NCBI GenBank assembly: GCA_000934665.2
Contig: KZ538270.1
Location: 1-64,000, forward strand
Length of the DNA stretch: 64,000 nucleotides
Source of the DNA: Catajapyx aquilonaris
Taxonomy: Eukaryota
Direction of reading: 5' to 3'
Below are positions 25,611-38,118 of this stretch, one piece after another. A program made the translations under genes and the position numbers. The number at the start of each line of letters is the position of its first letter. Within the stretch, counting starts at the first letter, position 1. The notes under the pieces were generated by a model. It ran no database searches, was not told where the DNA came from, and worked only from the letters and a program-made list of their open reading frames with translations.

Positions 25611-28286
25611 GCCAACCCTGCCGAAACACAATCCATTATAATTGTTACACATCTACATTTCGACATATGCCAACTATCGCGCAATTGCTCAATCCGACGA
25701 TTACACGCATAAAAGGACATGACGACATGGAGAGGTCCTTGAAGTAATGCAACATGTGCGATACCTTCATAAAATGCCAAACTATGTATAATGCCATTTG
25801 GGGGTCAGGAAGGAAACAACCTGGAAGAGTCAGTTATTTTCTAATGTGCCCAGCAGCAAGGACGCCTTTTTGGTGATGCTCTTTGCACCTCTCGAAGGAT
25901 TTTCTCACCTACTTAACAAAATTAAGGAGATGCACTTGGACAGGGTTGAACCCCCTAAAACCCATGGGTTGACCAGCGAACCGAGTGTTTCTCTAACTCC
26001 ATCAGGCATAGAAAAATGCGAGCTAAAAAAGCTTCCATAAGGGCATTTGAACTTCTGTGGGAGTACTATACGCGTTAATGTGGTGCAATAACTCGCTTTT
26101 TTTTACACCAGTTGGTCACCTTGACAGCAGAAATCATACGGATAATAATATACACCGTTATACGTTTTAATAGCAAGGTACGATCCAGTGCAATCCAATC
26201 AAAACAGGAGACATTTAAACCCACGTCTTTCATCATGTTTATGCCCCAAAGAAACTCGTTGGTTTCTTTGGTGTTTATTGTTGTTTACAAGTAGCTACGA
26301 CTCTGTAAACAACCAAAAACATGTATTTCCTAACTCATGACAGTAATTTTCATAGATCATGCGCACATTTTTGAGCAGTTCAAAAAAATAAACAGGAAGC
26401 TACACTGTTATATGAAAATTGAATTGATGCACCTGCTTTTTTTAAAAAAAATGTTTCCAGCTTGCAAAACATTGAAAAAAATTAAAAATTAGTGTATTCA
26501 CGACCAATGTCGAGAAACATTCTGACAGTGATTAGTAGTAGGCTTAACCTTGTCAATGAAGCACTGTTATTACGTCTTATATATTACGCGCATAACTTTA
26601 GCCAATCGGGGAGCTTATAATCAGGATCAAAATAATGGCAAAAAGTGTCCTCACTTTTTCGCCCTTCTCACTCTGGTGACTAGTGAGAAACAAACCGATC
26701 ACCACTATTCATCCCACAATAATTTTGACAAGAAATGACGAACGCATCAACTTTCTCACAGTTTTTTTTTTTACTGAAGTGAAATATAAGAAGGAAGATC
26801 AGCGATTTCCTTTTTGCATTACTGCTCAATTGACACTCTCTACTGACGTCTATTGGATTCCCTCAGGTGATACTTATGAAGATGGGAAAGTTATTTGCTC
26901 TAATTACACTCTAATGGGCATCAGCAGGTCGGAGTTCAACTCGTGTTGCCTCACAAGGTCACTTATACTACCCGAATGCAATGAGTCAACTTCATGTAAT
27001 TAGTGTTGAGTGCTTGAGAGTGCGACATTTTTTTTATTTATTTAAACCATGCTGTTAGAACAAGAGTCGCATCGTGTGTTTCGAGCCCGGATGTTGGGAG
27101 AAAGCGGGACGTGACAATAATGGCAGTGCCAGCAACATCGTCACACTGAAATGACGCCTGCAATATGCATTTTGTCACTCGTTTCATCACACGTGACACT
27201 CAAATAATTTTTTTGCTATAATGCAACAGGTGAATTCAATGCGTAATGATCATGAAGTAATGCACTGTCAATATACTTGTTTGATTAATTACATTTAATT
27301 AGGGTTGCACAGCACGGTAGAAAACGGCGGAGTGGACAATTTTCTGGTTAACTGTGAATATGAAATAACAAGGTTGGAATGGGGGGGGGGGGGGTTTGTA
27401 ATCATCCTTTAATTGCCGTGAAAGTTGTATTTCAAACCGGTATTGCATTTTCGTATATTAGGTAGGTGAAGGTCGCCGTTACACTGCGGTTTTTTTTTCT
27501 GATTTTCGTGATGATAGAAAAAACTCGATTGAAACGATGCTCGCTAATTTTGTTTTTGGAAAGAAAAAAAATCGGCGGTATTGTAATTTTTTGGGGTGAC
27601 ACATGTGGAACAATTTTGTCATTTTAATTGCAAGTGCGAACATGAAGTATGACAATATTTGAATCGCAGAGAGGCGCATCAGTGTCGGACATATACAAGA
27701 CGGTGAAAACAACAAGTTAGCACGCGAAACGAGAGATGGTCGACTGGGATAACATTTTAGCACGGAATTATCGAAACAAAAAGTGGCGTCCCTCAGCTTA
27801 ATATTTGCACAAATTTTTTTGGCTTTGATTTCCATGGCCATTCGGACACAACACTTTTGAGAGTACGGATTTATCTGACCAACGCACGTCATATTATCAC
27901 ACTTGTAATAAATTAATACGGGCGTCCTTTTGGAGGGGAGGCTACCTTGTCCTTCCGGGGGTGACTCCAACAAAAAGTTGTTTGTCACTAACCCGAGGTC
28001 ACATCCACGATTGAAATACGGCTCGATTTTTGGCACTTTTTCCTCCAGGTTGTTTAGTGAGGGAGTGAGGCTGAACAGGAAAATTCCTTGGTTGGCACAG
28101 AAAGTGTGGTAAAAAAAAGGATTGCGCTAGACTGCACTGAGCGGGCGGGCCAGTTCACGAACACTACACTTTCTTAGGCAAGGGTAAGACGGGGGTGTAA
28201 TTTTTGTTTAAAAAAATGTACCGTTTGCTGAAAGTTTTCGGGTGAAAATTCGGCATCGGGATGAGGCAATGGATTTTTGTTGGGTA

Positions 28287-28452
28287 GTTGGGGGGTCAAG
28301 CTCCACCGGGTTGGGGATCAAGAGTCACCGGGTTGGGGGGTCAAGCTCCACCGGGTTGGGAATCAAGAGCCACCGGGTTGGGGATCAAGAACCACCGGGT
28401 TGGGGATCAAGAACCACCGGGTTGGGGGTCAAGAACCACCGGGTTGGGGGTC
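28287..28452 (+). repeat. G-rich minisatellite, ~7.5 copies of a 22-23 bp unit (CACCGGGTTGGGGATCAAGAAC)
   Basis: Directly visible head-to-tail units with few substitutions and no unique spacers. Confidence 0.9.
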
Positions 28453-30269
28453 GTTGACTGGGGCAGCCGGTTGTGGTGGGACTGGAATTTTGATCGCACT
28501 TTTGGGCGGTGGTTGGCTAGACATGCCACCACACGAGTACCCATCGGGTTCGCATTGTCATATGTACGGGGTGTGCGTACCTCATGGCTGGCGGGTGGCT
28601 GCTGCGAGGTCCGCTCTCATATGGACCCGTCCGCCTGCTTCACTCTCACTCACTCACACTGATGATGCACTGAGGTACCTTCGCGGGTGGTACCCACACA
28701 CCCGCGATCCATCCTCAAAAGCACTTGGCTTGGTACACACAACACACGCGAGTCTGGTAGAGTCCTGGAACCAACTGGTCTGTTCGGCCTCCCTCCGCCA
28801 AGCCAAGCGACCTACTCCAGGGCCCAAGTAGGGCAGAACACCTTTCCCCTGCTGATGAAGAGGAGGTGGTGGTACAGGTGATGGGGAGGGGGTATGGTAG
28901 AGAATGAAGAAGAAGGAGAGAAAAAAAAATAAAAGAGGGTTGGTTGGTTTTGGTAGGTTGCTGGTGGCAAGTTTGCGGTGGTGGTTGGTCCTCGCAAAGA
29001 AAGTAAAAGTGGAGGAGGAGGTGGAAGGATCTCAGGTATACACTGTTGCCAAACTGGGCAAGGACGTCGACGTCACAGGATGGTCAACTAACAATCAGGA
29101 TAATTTTCCAGACAGTGGTCAGCCCGTTTTAAACGACATTTAATTGCTGCTGGCTTTAACAGTAATACTTTCTCGGGAGGGCGCTTGAATGCAAATGTGC
29201 GGCGACATTGACCATATCAATCGCATTGTGCCAAGTGGGCCCAGTCCGGACCCGGTCCACTATCAGCACGGTGGAAGAGAGACACGCGTCGTCACGTCTG
29301 GTGGTTGTCGAGGTGACGTGATCGACGCCGGTTGGACGCACTCGAGTGGGGGACACTTTCGCCACTGGCTGGTTGTGCCAGGCACGGGTCACACACCATG
29401 GCAATTCCTCAGCCTCCAGCAGCACCAATCGCGACAAGATGCGTCCATTGCGTAACTCAGAAACAAGACATGTCATCCACAGGACATTGCACCATACTCC
29501 TGCTCTTCCTCAACTGTGCACCAATGTTGACATGTGCACAAAATGACGCGTATTTGGGTGTGACGTGCAGCAATAGGGCGGGATATTTCTCAATCGTCCA
29601 CCCAATGAATCTATTTGAATAAATTTGACAGGCCATGGCCAGCTCTTGGCCAACAGGAAATAATCCAACAGTCACACACTTTTGAGACGATTTACTGCAT
29701 GTTCATCGAATTATGATGGGTATCACGCAATACGAAGGACAGTGATCATCAGATGTGCTCTCTTTTCTGCTGCACTAAACACTTCCCTTCCCTATTTCGT
29801 CATTCTTCGCCATGCAAAACACCAACAAATCGTGATTCCAGCCCACATCTCATTCCGCTCCAATGAGCCACCAGCTCTGAAAAACACACCTGCACATTGC
29901 ATCGGTGTGAGGTGTACACATGCTGATCGTGCCCACAGATCTTTAGATGATGGTAACTCCCTGGGGGACCCATCAGCACCACGATTCATTATCACCCTGA
30001 GGGTGCTGCATGTGTACACACAACAGCCCCAATTGCGACCTTCCTGGTATCACGACCATTTCTTGATGAGCCCCACGGAATAGACAACAACAAACAACAA
30101 CCAAAAATGAGCCGGATGACATAACAGGGACAGGTGCTAAGGTCGTTCGCAGCATGGTTTACGCTCGATCGACACTGAATGGCCCCCTTTCGATCCATGT
30201 TGATGGCTGATTGAGAGTCACGGATTTGAATTACGTCGAGTCACGACCTCCGGGGGCTGTGCAATACAT

Positions 30270-30965
30270 GTTTGGACAGAGGGTCATACCGCACTTGCAT
30301 CGCTCTGTGTGCAACTTCCTTGGAGACATGGCTGCCTCAGTGTGATTCCTGCAATGGACTTCTTGCGGAAAAAAATGCTTGCTCTTGCTCAAGCATCGTG
30401 GAACCCAGTGGCTTACTTCACGCTTCATTGCCACAGTCGACGGTATAAATACTCTTTACCCTTGACAAAGAGTGTCAGTCTGTGCTGAGAAAAGGAGAGA
30501 CAATTATTCATCGTCGTCATGCAGCAGGCGAAGGTCGATCCAGCCATTTAACACTTTCCGAATTTCACTTACACTCTGGCCCTACATTGGGATTCAAGCA
30601 GGTGCTGTATGTACACCGGACTAGTAGGTGCTACTGGCCTCTTTTTTCCTTCTTAATGTTAATTACGATGAATTAACGTGACCTGCGTCTGCTGCGGTGT
30701 CTGTATATGCTTCGGGGGGAAAGGAAAGCCAAAGCAACAACTGCTGCTCGGCAAGCTATCCTGTCCCAAATCAGGCAATGTTTTCTAAACCGATGTCCTT
30801 GCTTCGATATCCCGCACAACACCAATATTTTTGTTGAGAAACATGTTGTGGCACATGCCCAGCTCCAATAATAATTGAACTTCCGGAAACCGCACAGTTC
30901 GACCCAACTTTCCCATAGGACCTGGAGGAAAAAAATTTACATGCCAATAAACGCTTCCAACTATC
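30270..30965 (-). pseudogene. Possible decayed piggyBac/PGBD transposase remnants
   Basis: Minus strand (*)LEAFIGM*...GFRKFNYYWS...ISKQGHRFRK resembles the PGBD ELxAFIG..YWS..MSRxRF segment. Downstream SKHFFPQ..CR..RCKCGMTLC resembles the C-terminal cysteine-rich domain. Stops are present and no DDD core was seen. Confidence 0.35.
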
Positions 30966-32118
30966 TGTTATTCTGCTCACAGCACATGTGGTACGTGCTG
31001 GAGCAAGGAGATGCTTCATGTAAAGGATGTCACGCGTGCGGACATTCAAACAAACGGTACGCACTGCACGTGAAAGTAAAAAAAAACTAACGGCTCGCAT
31101 ACTGTTACTCCTCTCTTTACCTAATTAAATTTAAAAAAAAAAACATTTTGCTGGTGATGTATGGCGTGTCGACAATGCGACTGTTATCAGCCTGAGCAAG
31201 CCTATCTTGTAAGACAGGGAGTGGCTGTTTGTCTTCAATGTCGTAACATGGCCATTACCACGGTTAGAGATCGAGGGTGAAGAAAGTCATTCAGCGCTTT
31301 GCTGGATCAAAAAAATTGGGCGAACCGATCCGCCTTTAGGTTGGGCGCGATTTTGTTATTCGAATGTGGGACAAGGGCAGACTGACAATTGGGAGTCCCT
31401 TTTTAACCCCGAGGGATCAACCCCAGCAAGAGATGCTATGCCCGACACCTTTGTAACCGGAGCAACCTTGAGGGGGTCTGCAAGGCCGCTGTCCGACAGC
31501 ACGAGTGACCTTCACCACCGATCGTGGTCAACACCGCAATCGAAGAGAAATTGACCAGCATTGTTTTTCACTTTCCTTTATTGTCAAGCCCCTCTTGTTG
31601 TCATAAGGCACACATGTCCGGTTTGAACCGTTACCTTTCCAGCAGGTTTATTAATACCCTTACTGAGCACCGCCTTTTTTATTATTATTATTGTTCTGAC
31701 TAGTCATGTGACTCACGACGATTCATTTATTTTGCGGTGCATTTCTGGCTATTTCTATGACCTCGGAAGGGGGGCACAGGTGACCTTTCGAGTGCTCCAG
31801 ATTGTCCAGGGTTATCCCGAGCAATTTTTCCGTCCTAGATTCGGCGGTGTCCTGCTGTGCCCACCTTTATTTCGTGCATATAATTATGTCGAACGGCACT
31901 GCGAGGATTTCCTTATCGTCATCCTAACACGACGCAACCCGCAAGCACTCAAGAGGGGAGCCTATGGTGGGTTGCCTGACGTCCAGGATGTAACATCCGA
32001 ACATGACTATGGCTTCCAATCGCAAGGCCAAGTTCAGCTCAATAGCCTACGTACTATCGGGTTCAAATACTTTTGGCCACTTTATCCTGGTCTTGAAGCA
32101 ACCCTTCACATACACACA

Positions 32119-32203
32119 CACCTCTTTAACGTGGGGTCTGTGCGAAGGGTTGCTTCAAGACTCTTGAAGCAACCCTTCGCACAGACCCCACGTTAAAGAG
32201 GTG
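32119..32203. repeat. Perfect 42-bp inverted repeat with 1-nt spacer
   Basis: CACCTCTTTAACGTGGGGTCTGTGCGAAGGGTTGCTTCAAGA, then c, then its exact reverse complement. A partial third copy lies at ~32091-32107. Confidence 0.95.
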
Positions 32204-32320
32204 CCAGGTAGCACATTGATATCCATGGGACTAGCTGATGTCCCGGATCTGGAGTTCCCATGGACATCCAAAAGGTACTTCCGTGGGAGGTTTGCCACTG
32301 ATATCCCATGGATGTTCATT
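32204..32320. mobile_element. Putative EnSpm/CACTA-like transposon end with subterminal repeats
   Basis: CCAGGTAGCACA terminus followed by repeated gatatcc(c)atgg / ggacatcc / ggatgt motifs in both orientations. It lies downstream of a DUF4806-type gene; the partner end was not found. Confidence 0.45.
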
Positions 32321-32838
32321 CCAATCTTCTCTGGACATTGGCAGATGTTATTTATTTATTACCTGGGGTAGTAATAATTTACACAAGACTGAAAGGATGT
32401 TTAATGAAAAGAATTTATTCCAAATTATAAGTTTACAGGGGCGGTTTTACATAGTAGCACATGCAGAGTGCACATAGGGTCACACACCTCTTGTGCAGGC
32501 ACTTACGCTACTGAACAGCAGAGCAAGGTCTGTAATTATTATTATAATGGATCAAGAGCTGAATGGTAGCTTAGTTAGCAAACATTTTCAGCAAAGTCAT
32601 CCTGACCGTTACATTAAAGATACTGAGGACACTAAGCAAGTCATGGACAAATATTCAAAATATCTATTGTTCTGCGAATTAAATTAAATGCAAATGTGCA
32701 ATATTGCCATTTCTTCATTCGCATATACCCAAGGTTACCGTCAGTCAGTCGTCATTTTTCCTGTCTGCCCAAGGGAGTTGCAAAATGCAATTATGTACTC
32801 TAGTACATGGAGCCAAGGAGGCCCCGCTATTAGTAGTG

Positions 32839-34206
32839 CTACGGGCCCCGCGGATCCTTAAACCGGCCCTGATAAGTTATCCTTATTTTTCTTCTGGCAG
32901 GTGCATGACGCAGCCAGTTTTTCACCTCCAACTCGACTTCCTTGTTGGTGGCTTCCTTTGTATGGGGATTTCCCCGCACTGCGTCATACATAATCATGCA
33001 CAATCCTAAATTGGAGAAGGATTTTTTTCCACTTCTCCCCTCCCAGCTGTACATTGCTCCCAAACTGCGAGACATCACAAATTTCAGGAGGGCCTTCACC
33101 ACCTCCTTGACGCTGGACCCTCCCAATCTTCGGAGTGATGACAGGACACTGCTTCTGGCCCTGTCATCCAGAATCTTCTCTTCTAACTCCCGCAGTTCCT
33201 CTTCACTTCCAAGAGGAAAGTTTTGGACAATATTTCGGTCTTCATTATCTGCATTATCTGGACCTGTGGACACCATGTTCTTTCTGACCATCGTCGGGTG
33301 ATTTATTCCGTTACACAAGATATCGGAACCGCATTTGAACTTAACTAACCTCATTATGTGAGAAAGAAAATGGAGTCACAACGTGTGCTGGAAATGGCTA
33401 CCATTTGAGCCAGGCAGACCTGAACATGACGCTCCGTAATTCTGCGTTTTGGAAGGTCCTGACCAGAGTGTCCTGAGGCACTATCTGAATTTTTTGGATC
33501 ATGTGTTTTCTTTAAAGACGTCAGCGTCAGAGGATTGTGGTTTGTTTTGGTACACTCGCCTTTTCAGAAAGGTCCATAAAAAGTAATCAGGCGGTGAAAG
33601 ATTGGGTGGCTATGGTGACCAAAGTCCCTTCGAAATGACTCGGCCGCCAGAAAAGGACTGAATTTTGTCCATAGCCTACTGACATGTGATGTTTGTGCCA
33701 TATACAGTCACTGATTAAATTAATACACATTACCTTGTTGGTTTTTAACTTATTAATGTGAATGCTTAAAAAGTTAGGTTTTAAAAAGTTACCCATTACT
33801 GTGCACTTCAAGTACGATAAGTAATAATTTGCACTTCAGATGAAAGTCTCAAGTGAAAACTTTGCACCTGGACAAAAAATTTTAAGATTCGACCCCTGTG
33901 ACTCCAATAAAATTAAGATTGGAACTGTCCATTTACTTTAATTTGTCAGGACGACTGCACAATCCTTTATTTATCTACCAGTCTGGACCCCAGGGTCATG
34001 AATCACACTCACCACATGTGAACAAGATCCTGACTTCATGTAATGTCAACATGTTTGGCTCCTGGGCAGAAGTCAGTGCCTTGCTAACAGTTTTATCTGG
34101 AGGCTACCAGCTTGTATCTACAGCACCATCGTCTCCATCAGGGGTCACCCAACAGCTAGACACTGCCTCAACTTCATTAAGCTCCACAAAAATCACGACG
34201 GAGTTC
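32839..34206 (-). pseudogene. DUF4806 (BEN-like) domain gene, transposon-associated, disrupted
   Basis: C-terminal FPLGSEEELRELEE..LGGSSVKE..YSWEGRSGKKSFSNL..AV..TNKEVELEVKNWLRHAPAR matches the DUF4806 pattern as recalled. The upstream exon (~34012-34206) reads SVVIFVELNEVEAVSSCWV..SW*PP with an in-frame TAG. Confidence 0.7.
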
Positions 34207-34698
34207 CTGAAACACAAACTATTTTGTAGCCACATATTATTGCACAATCTCATATTACAACTACTATGTATAACTTAATGCCAATATGTACAGGGTGCGG
34301 AAATTTAATCTACCTTCGCTTAGGGGGATCGTAGAGGGCTTCCAGACGATCATTTTATATATAGTAAATCGTGGGTCTCCGAATCACAGTTACAGATATA
34401 AGGCCCAGGGTTCCCCTGGGCCTCGGAGGTCAATTCCAATGCGCTAAGAACCTTCCCGGTAAAAAACTACCCCTATAGTGATACCCCTGGGGCATATGTC
34501 GGGGCCTCCGTATGGATTTGCATAGCGGATAACAGGACAGACAGAGAGACATACGTCGAGAAAATATGTATTAAGATTTTACTGTTTCGTTGCATTTTCA
34601 GATAGCATTGCCACCAGAAGGTATTATAGCGGGAATTATAGCCATGCGAAGTTAATCGGGTTGTTTGATTGTGGCCTGATCGTTCAGGAGGAGTAACA

Positions 34699-34991
34699 AG
34701 ATGGCCGCCTTGATGACATCAGAGTTGCAAGGTGCACAAGGTGTGTTTCGAACGAGGTTTCGAACAGGTTCCGAAGGTGTGCAATATGCCACAGCCAGGA
34801 TTGTTTTTTCGCCAAGTTGAATTCGCAATTATATATTATATTAAATCAGGACGAAAATTGCGGTTAATATTTGCTGAATTGCGGAGTCACGGTCTGATTA
34901 TCAAATGGCGGAACAGGGAGTAGGCCCCTTCCCCCTCTTTTTTTGCCACGTCATCGTAGCCAGGCCTAGCCGCCGCCATCTGCGCATGCGC
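34699..34991 (+). promoter_or_regulatory. Candidate promoter motifs upstream of orphan gene A (YY1/Pho-like and NRF1/Ewg-like)
   Basis: AAGATGGCCGCC (~34699), AAATGGCGG (~34903), GCCGCCATCT (~34972) and palindromic TGCGCATGCGC (34981-34991), all within 400 bp of the ATG at 35071. Confidence 0.35.
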
Positions 34992-35070
34992 GTCATTTGG
35001 TCGGTTGGGCTCTGGTGGGCGCCCGTCCTTTTCCTTTCTCCTTTTGGAATAAGGGCGGAATAAGAAGGAT

Positions 35071-37126
35071 ATGTCGAGAGAGGGTCCGGATGAGTGGGAA
35101 GGGAACCCGGGGCTGCAGCAGGTGGGGCAGGGACGGGCAGCAGCCAGCACCAGTGTGATGCAGGAGGAGGAGGAGGAGGAGGAGAGGAAGAAGGATGATG
35201 GCGGCGACAGCACCTCACCAGCACCAGGCCCTCCGCCGCCAGACGAGGACAGAGGATCCAGCCCATCAGACCAGTCCAACCGGACATACACCTTGGATGG
35301 CAGCCTGTCGGACACCTGCAACGAGGACGGCGCCGGTGGGGACGAAGACAGCCCACGGGAGGCGCAGGGTAACGCCTGCAGCATTGGGGAGCTCGGTGCT
35401 GGAGAGACAATAATGAGCAGCGGAACAGGCCATCATGTCCACAGCTCACAGGCGGGAGACGCACCGTCCCCTGCGGTGGGCGATCTGAACTACTCGGACG
35501 GGAGCCTGGAGGCCCTGGAGAGGGAGATTGCTGCGGAATGCCTGGACGGGAAGGAGGAGATGCCTACGTCGGGGAGCAGCGACGAGGAAGACCTGTTGGG
35601 TAAGGACTAATTAACAACCGCTCCTTGGCATTACCTTATGGTTCATCCTGTATGCAGGTGCACAGGACAGCTGCACTGCAGTTCAGTCTCTCGCGTACGA
35701 CACCACCAGCTCCGAGGAGGAGGGACTGGCTCTGGACATCGGATGGAAGCTGGCGTCCGAGGAAGTGACAAAGGCTCTCTCGTACGACACCACCAGCTCC
35801 GAGGAGGAGGGACTGGCTCTGGACATCGAAAGGAAGCTGGCGTCCGAGGAAGTGACAAAGGCTCTCTCGTACAACACCACCAGCTCCGAGGAGGAGGGAC
35901 TGACTCTGGATGTCGGAAGGAAGCTGCCGTCCGAGGAGGTGACAAGGAGCAACAGCGGTGGTGATGTCCCTCTCATTGAAATCGTTCCCGGGATCATCGA
36001 CCAGCATGGTAAGTCGCAATGGCTTACCATTCAGCTGAGTTGCATACCCATCATAAGTTCCTGTCAAGAAAAATATTAATCAGCCTAATAAATATTTGCT
36101 TCGTATTCAGATGCTGATACCGTACATGACGTGAAAGACGCGAGGAATGCATCAGTTGAAAACAGTGGCACGGTGCAGGGCCAGGGTTGCTTGAGAGCCT
36201 GGCTATCCGACTTGTTCTTGTGGCTGGAACGGCTGGTCCAGAGCTTCTTGGCCATGTTCCGCTGCCAGCAGCAGGTACCAGTGACACACGACCTCAGTGG
36301 TGCAAACATGCATCTAACAGGTGACTTATTCAGGCGCAGGTGCACCCAACCGTAGAGGATCCCGAAGAGGTTGTTGTCTCCAAGCAGGACAGCCCAGTTC
36401 CATCTGCTGAGGTCAAACGGCAGGCTACTCCCAGCAACAACCTGCAAGCGGCAGGTGAGTCATTGGCCAATCGGCAGGCTACTCCCAGCAACCTGCAAGG
36501 GGCAGGTGAGTCATCTGCCGTGGTGCCGATGCAGGCCAGGGGCAGGGCAGCAATGAGAGGGTGCCACAACACGAGGGGCGAGCAGGTGCAGGAGTACATG
36601 CAGAGGCAAGGTCACCTGGGTCGTGGGGATGGCAGGGGTCGGCGTGGAAACTGGGAGGGCCACTTGGACCAGAGGAGCAACTGGCAGGCCAGAGGGAGGG
36701 CTCCCAGGGGACAGCAACATCACGCCAGGGGACGCGATGGCCCGTCACATTGGTACTGGGAGGATCGGCATCCCAGGGGACGCGATGGCCCGTCACATCG
36801 GTACAGGGATCCTCAAGGGCCGGCAGGCAACTGGGAGGATCAGCATCCGAGAGGACCTTGGGTTCCCAGGCAGGATCAGTACTACAGCTGGCAGCCCAGG
36901 GGTCGTGGTGGGAGGCAGCCAAGCTACCAGCGCTCGGAAAACATGCCCCGCCAAAACCAAAGGGTGAGAAAGTCTTTCTCTGACTGCGTAACTCTTGCAC
37001 CTTCCCGCTTTCCGTTGTCAGCCATTCGCCAGCCAGCCCGAGCAGCATGACAATGACGGTGCTGCCGCTGCTAGATGCGCTGGTCATGTTCCCTACCGTG
37101 GCAGGCGTGGACCTGCCCGTGAATAA
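35071..37126 (+). CDS. Uncharacterised gene A (~592 aa): acidic N-terminus, 29-aa repeats, short hydrophobic helical segment, RG-rich C-terminus
   Basis: Exons 35071-35599, 35658-36008, 36111-36274, 36334-36963 and 37022-37126. All introns are GT-AG with matching phases (1,1,0,0) and there is no internal stop. AATAAA at ~37497. Confidence 0.75.
35690..35950 (+). repeat. Three coding tandem repeats of 87 bp (29 aa: LSYDTTSSEEEGLALDIERKLASEEVTKA)
   Basis: Directly visible in exon 2 of gene A, with the reading frame preserved across copies. Confidence 0.9.
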
Positions 37127-37900
37127 CACCAACACCTGGAACAGGAATGCAACTGTAAGTCAAGGAAGTACTCTTCAAACTGGAGAATACAGTACAACTA
37201 AGTCGGACGTATGGTTTGCTTCCAGGACTGCTGAGGGAAGTCAGGCCACACTTGACATCGACCCTGCCAGACGCAGGTGCATGACTGTATCCACCAACTT
37301 TATAAAAAACCCCTCCCGGTATTTATCACCTGAGCATCGTGACTGCCATTGTATTACTGTACTATTATTTTTCAGCAATCAAGTTACATCCTAAAATTCC
37401 ACTGTGTCCAACCAGTGCCTTGTAACCATCGTCCCGAATACTGAGTGTGAATCATGGTGTGTGAATGAACTTGGTTGTGATGACTGCATAGATGGAAATA
37501 AAACTTGAAACATCCCCCCCCCCCGGTACCTCCATTTTATTCAACCTGCGCCAGAAATTGTCTGGAAACTCTGGGAATTAGCCTTATCTACCGGCCAACA
37601 GTGACTGCACTGCACCTTGCAACATCCCCTCCTGTCACCTACCCTATCGCTCGCTGTACCCGGGCCTTACGGCAAAAGGACCAACTGCACTAGCTGTACT
37701 ATTAAGCAAAATAAAGGTACTGCGCAGGCTGTCCATTGGGCGGAGCACTAAACCCATTATTATTATTGTTGTTATTATTATTGTTATTATTATAGTGAAG
37801 TAACGAAGAATCATTGTCCACACTAATTTCTGAACACACTGTAACATTTAAAAAACAAAATAACATTCAAAGAAATAAAGAGCAAGACTTGTGGAATACA

Positions 37901-38118
37901 TCTACCTATATAAATAAAGCCGTTTGGGATCTGTCTGTCCGCCTGAAACACCAACCGTCATTTGCCTGCCATCTGTGGTCCGCCTCCTACACCTCCAACC
38001 TCTCCCGGCCTTCCTTTAATTAAGATTCTTAATTATACATGTATTATTTTTTGCCTGTCCTTTTCAGCTTTCTTATAACATTCATTTCTTCCCGAGCAAC
38101 GCTGGGTATGGCAGCTAG
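37901..38118 (+). mobile_element. Non-autonomous Helitron-like element (218 bp)
   Basis: A|TCTACCTATATAAATAAAG 5' end, subterminal hairpin CCCGAGCAACGCTGGG, CTAG|T 3' end; inserted between A and T with no TSD. Confidence 0.8.

Noticed and set aside
28287..28452. CRISPR-like array
   Set aside because: Units are contiguous with no unique spacers, the context is eukaryotic, and there are no cas genes.
28655..28870. Hammerhead ribozyme cores (CTGATGA at ~28659 and ~28852)
   Set aside because: No stem II followed by GAAA at the expected spacing.
31365..31614. Possible solo LTR (TGT...ACA)
   Set aside because: No target-site duplication, primer-binding site or second copy is visible.
34289..34420. 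TACAGGGTG mariner-like terminus
   Set aside because: No matching inverted end was found nearby.
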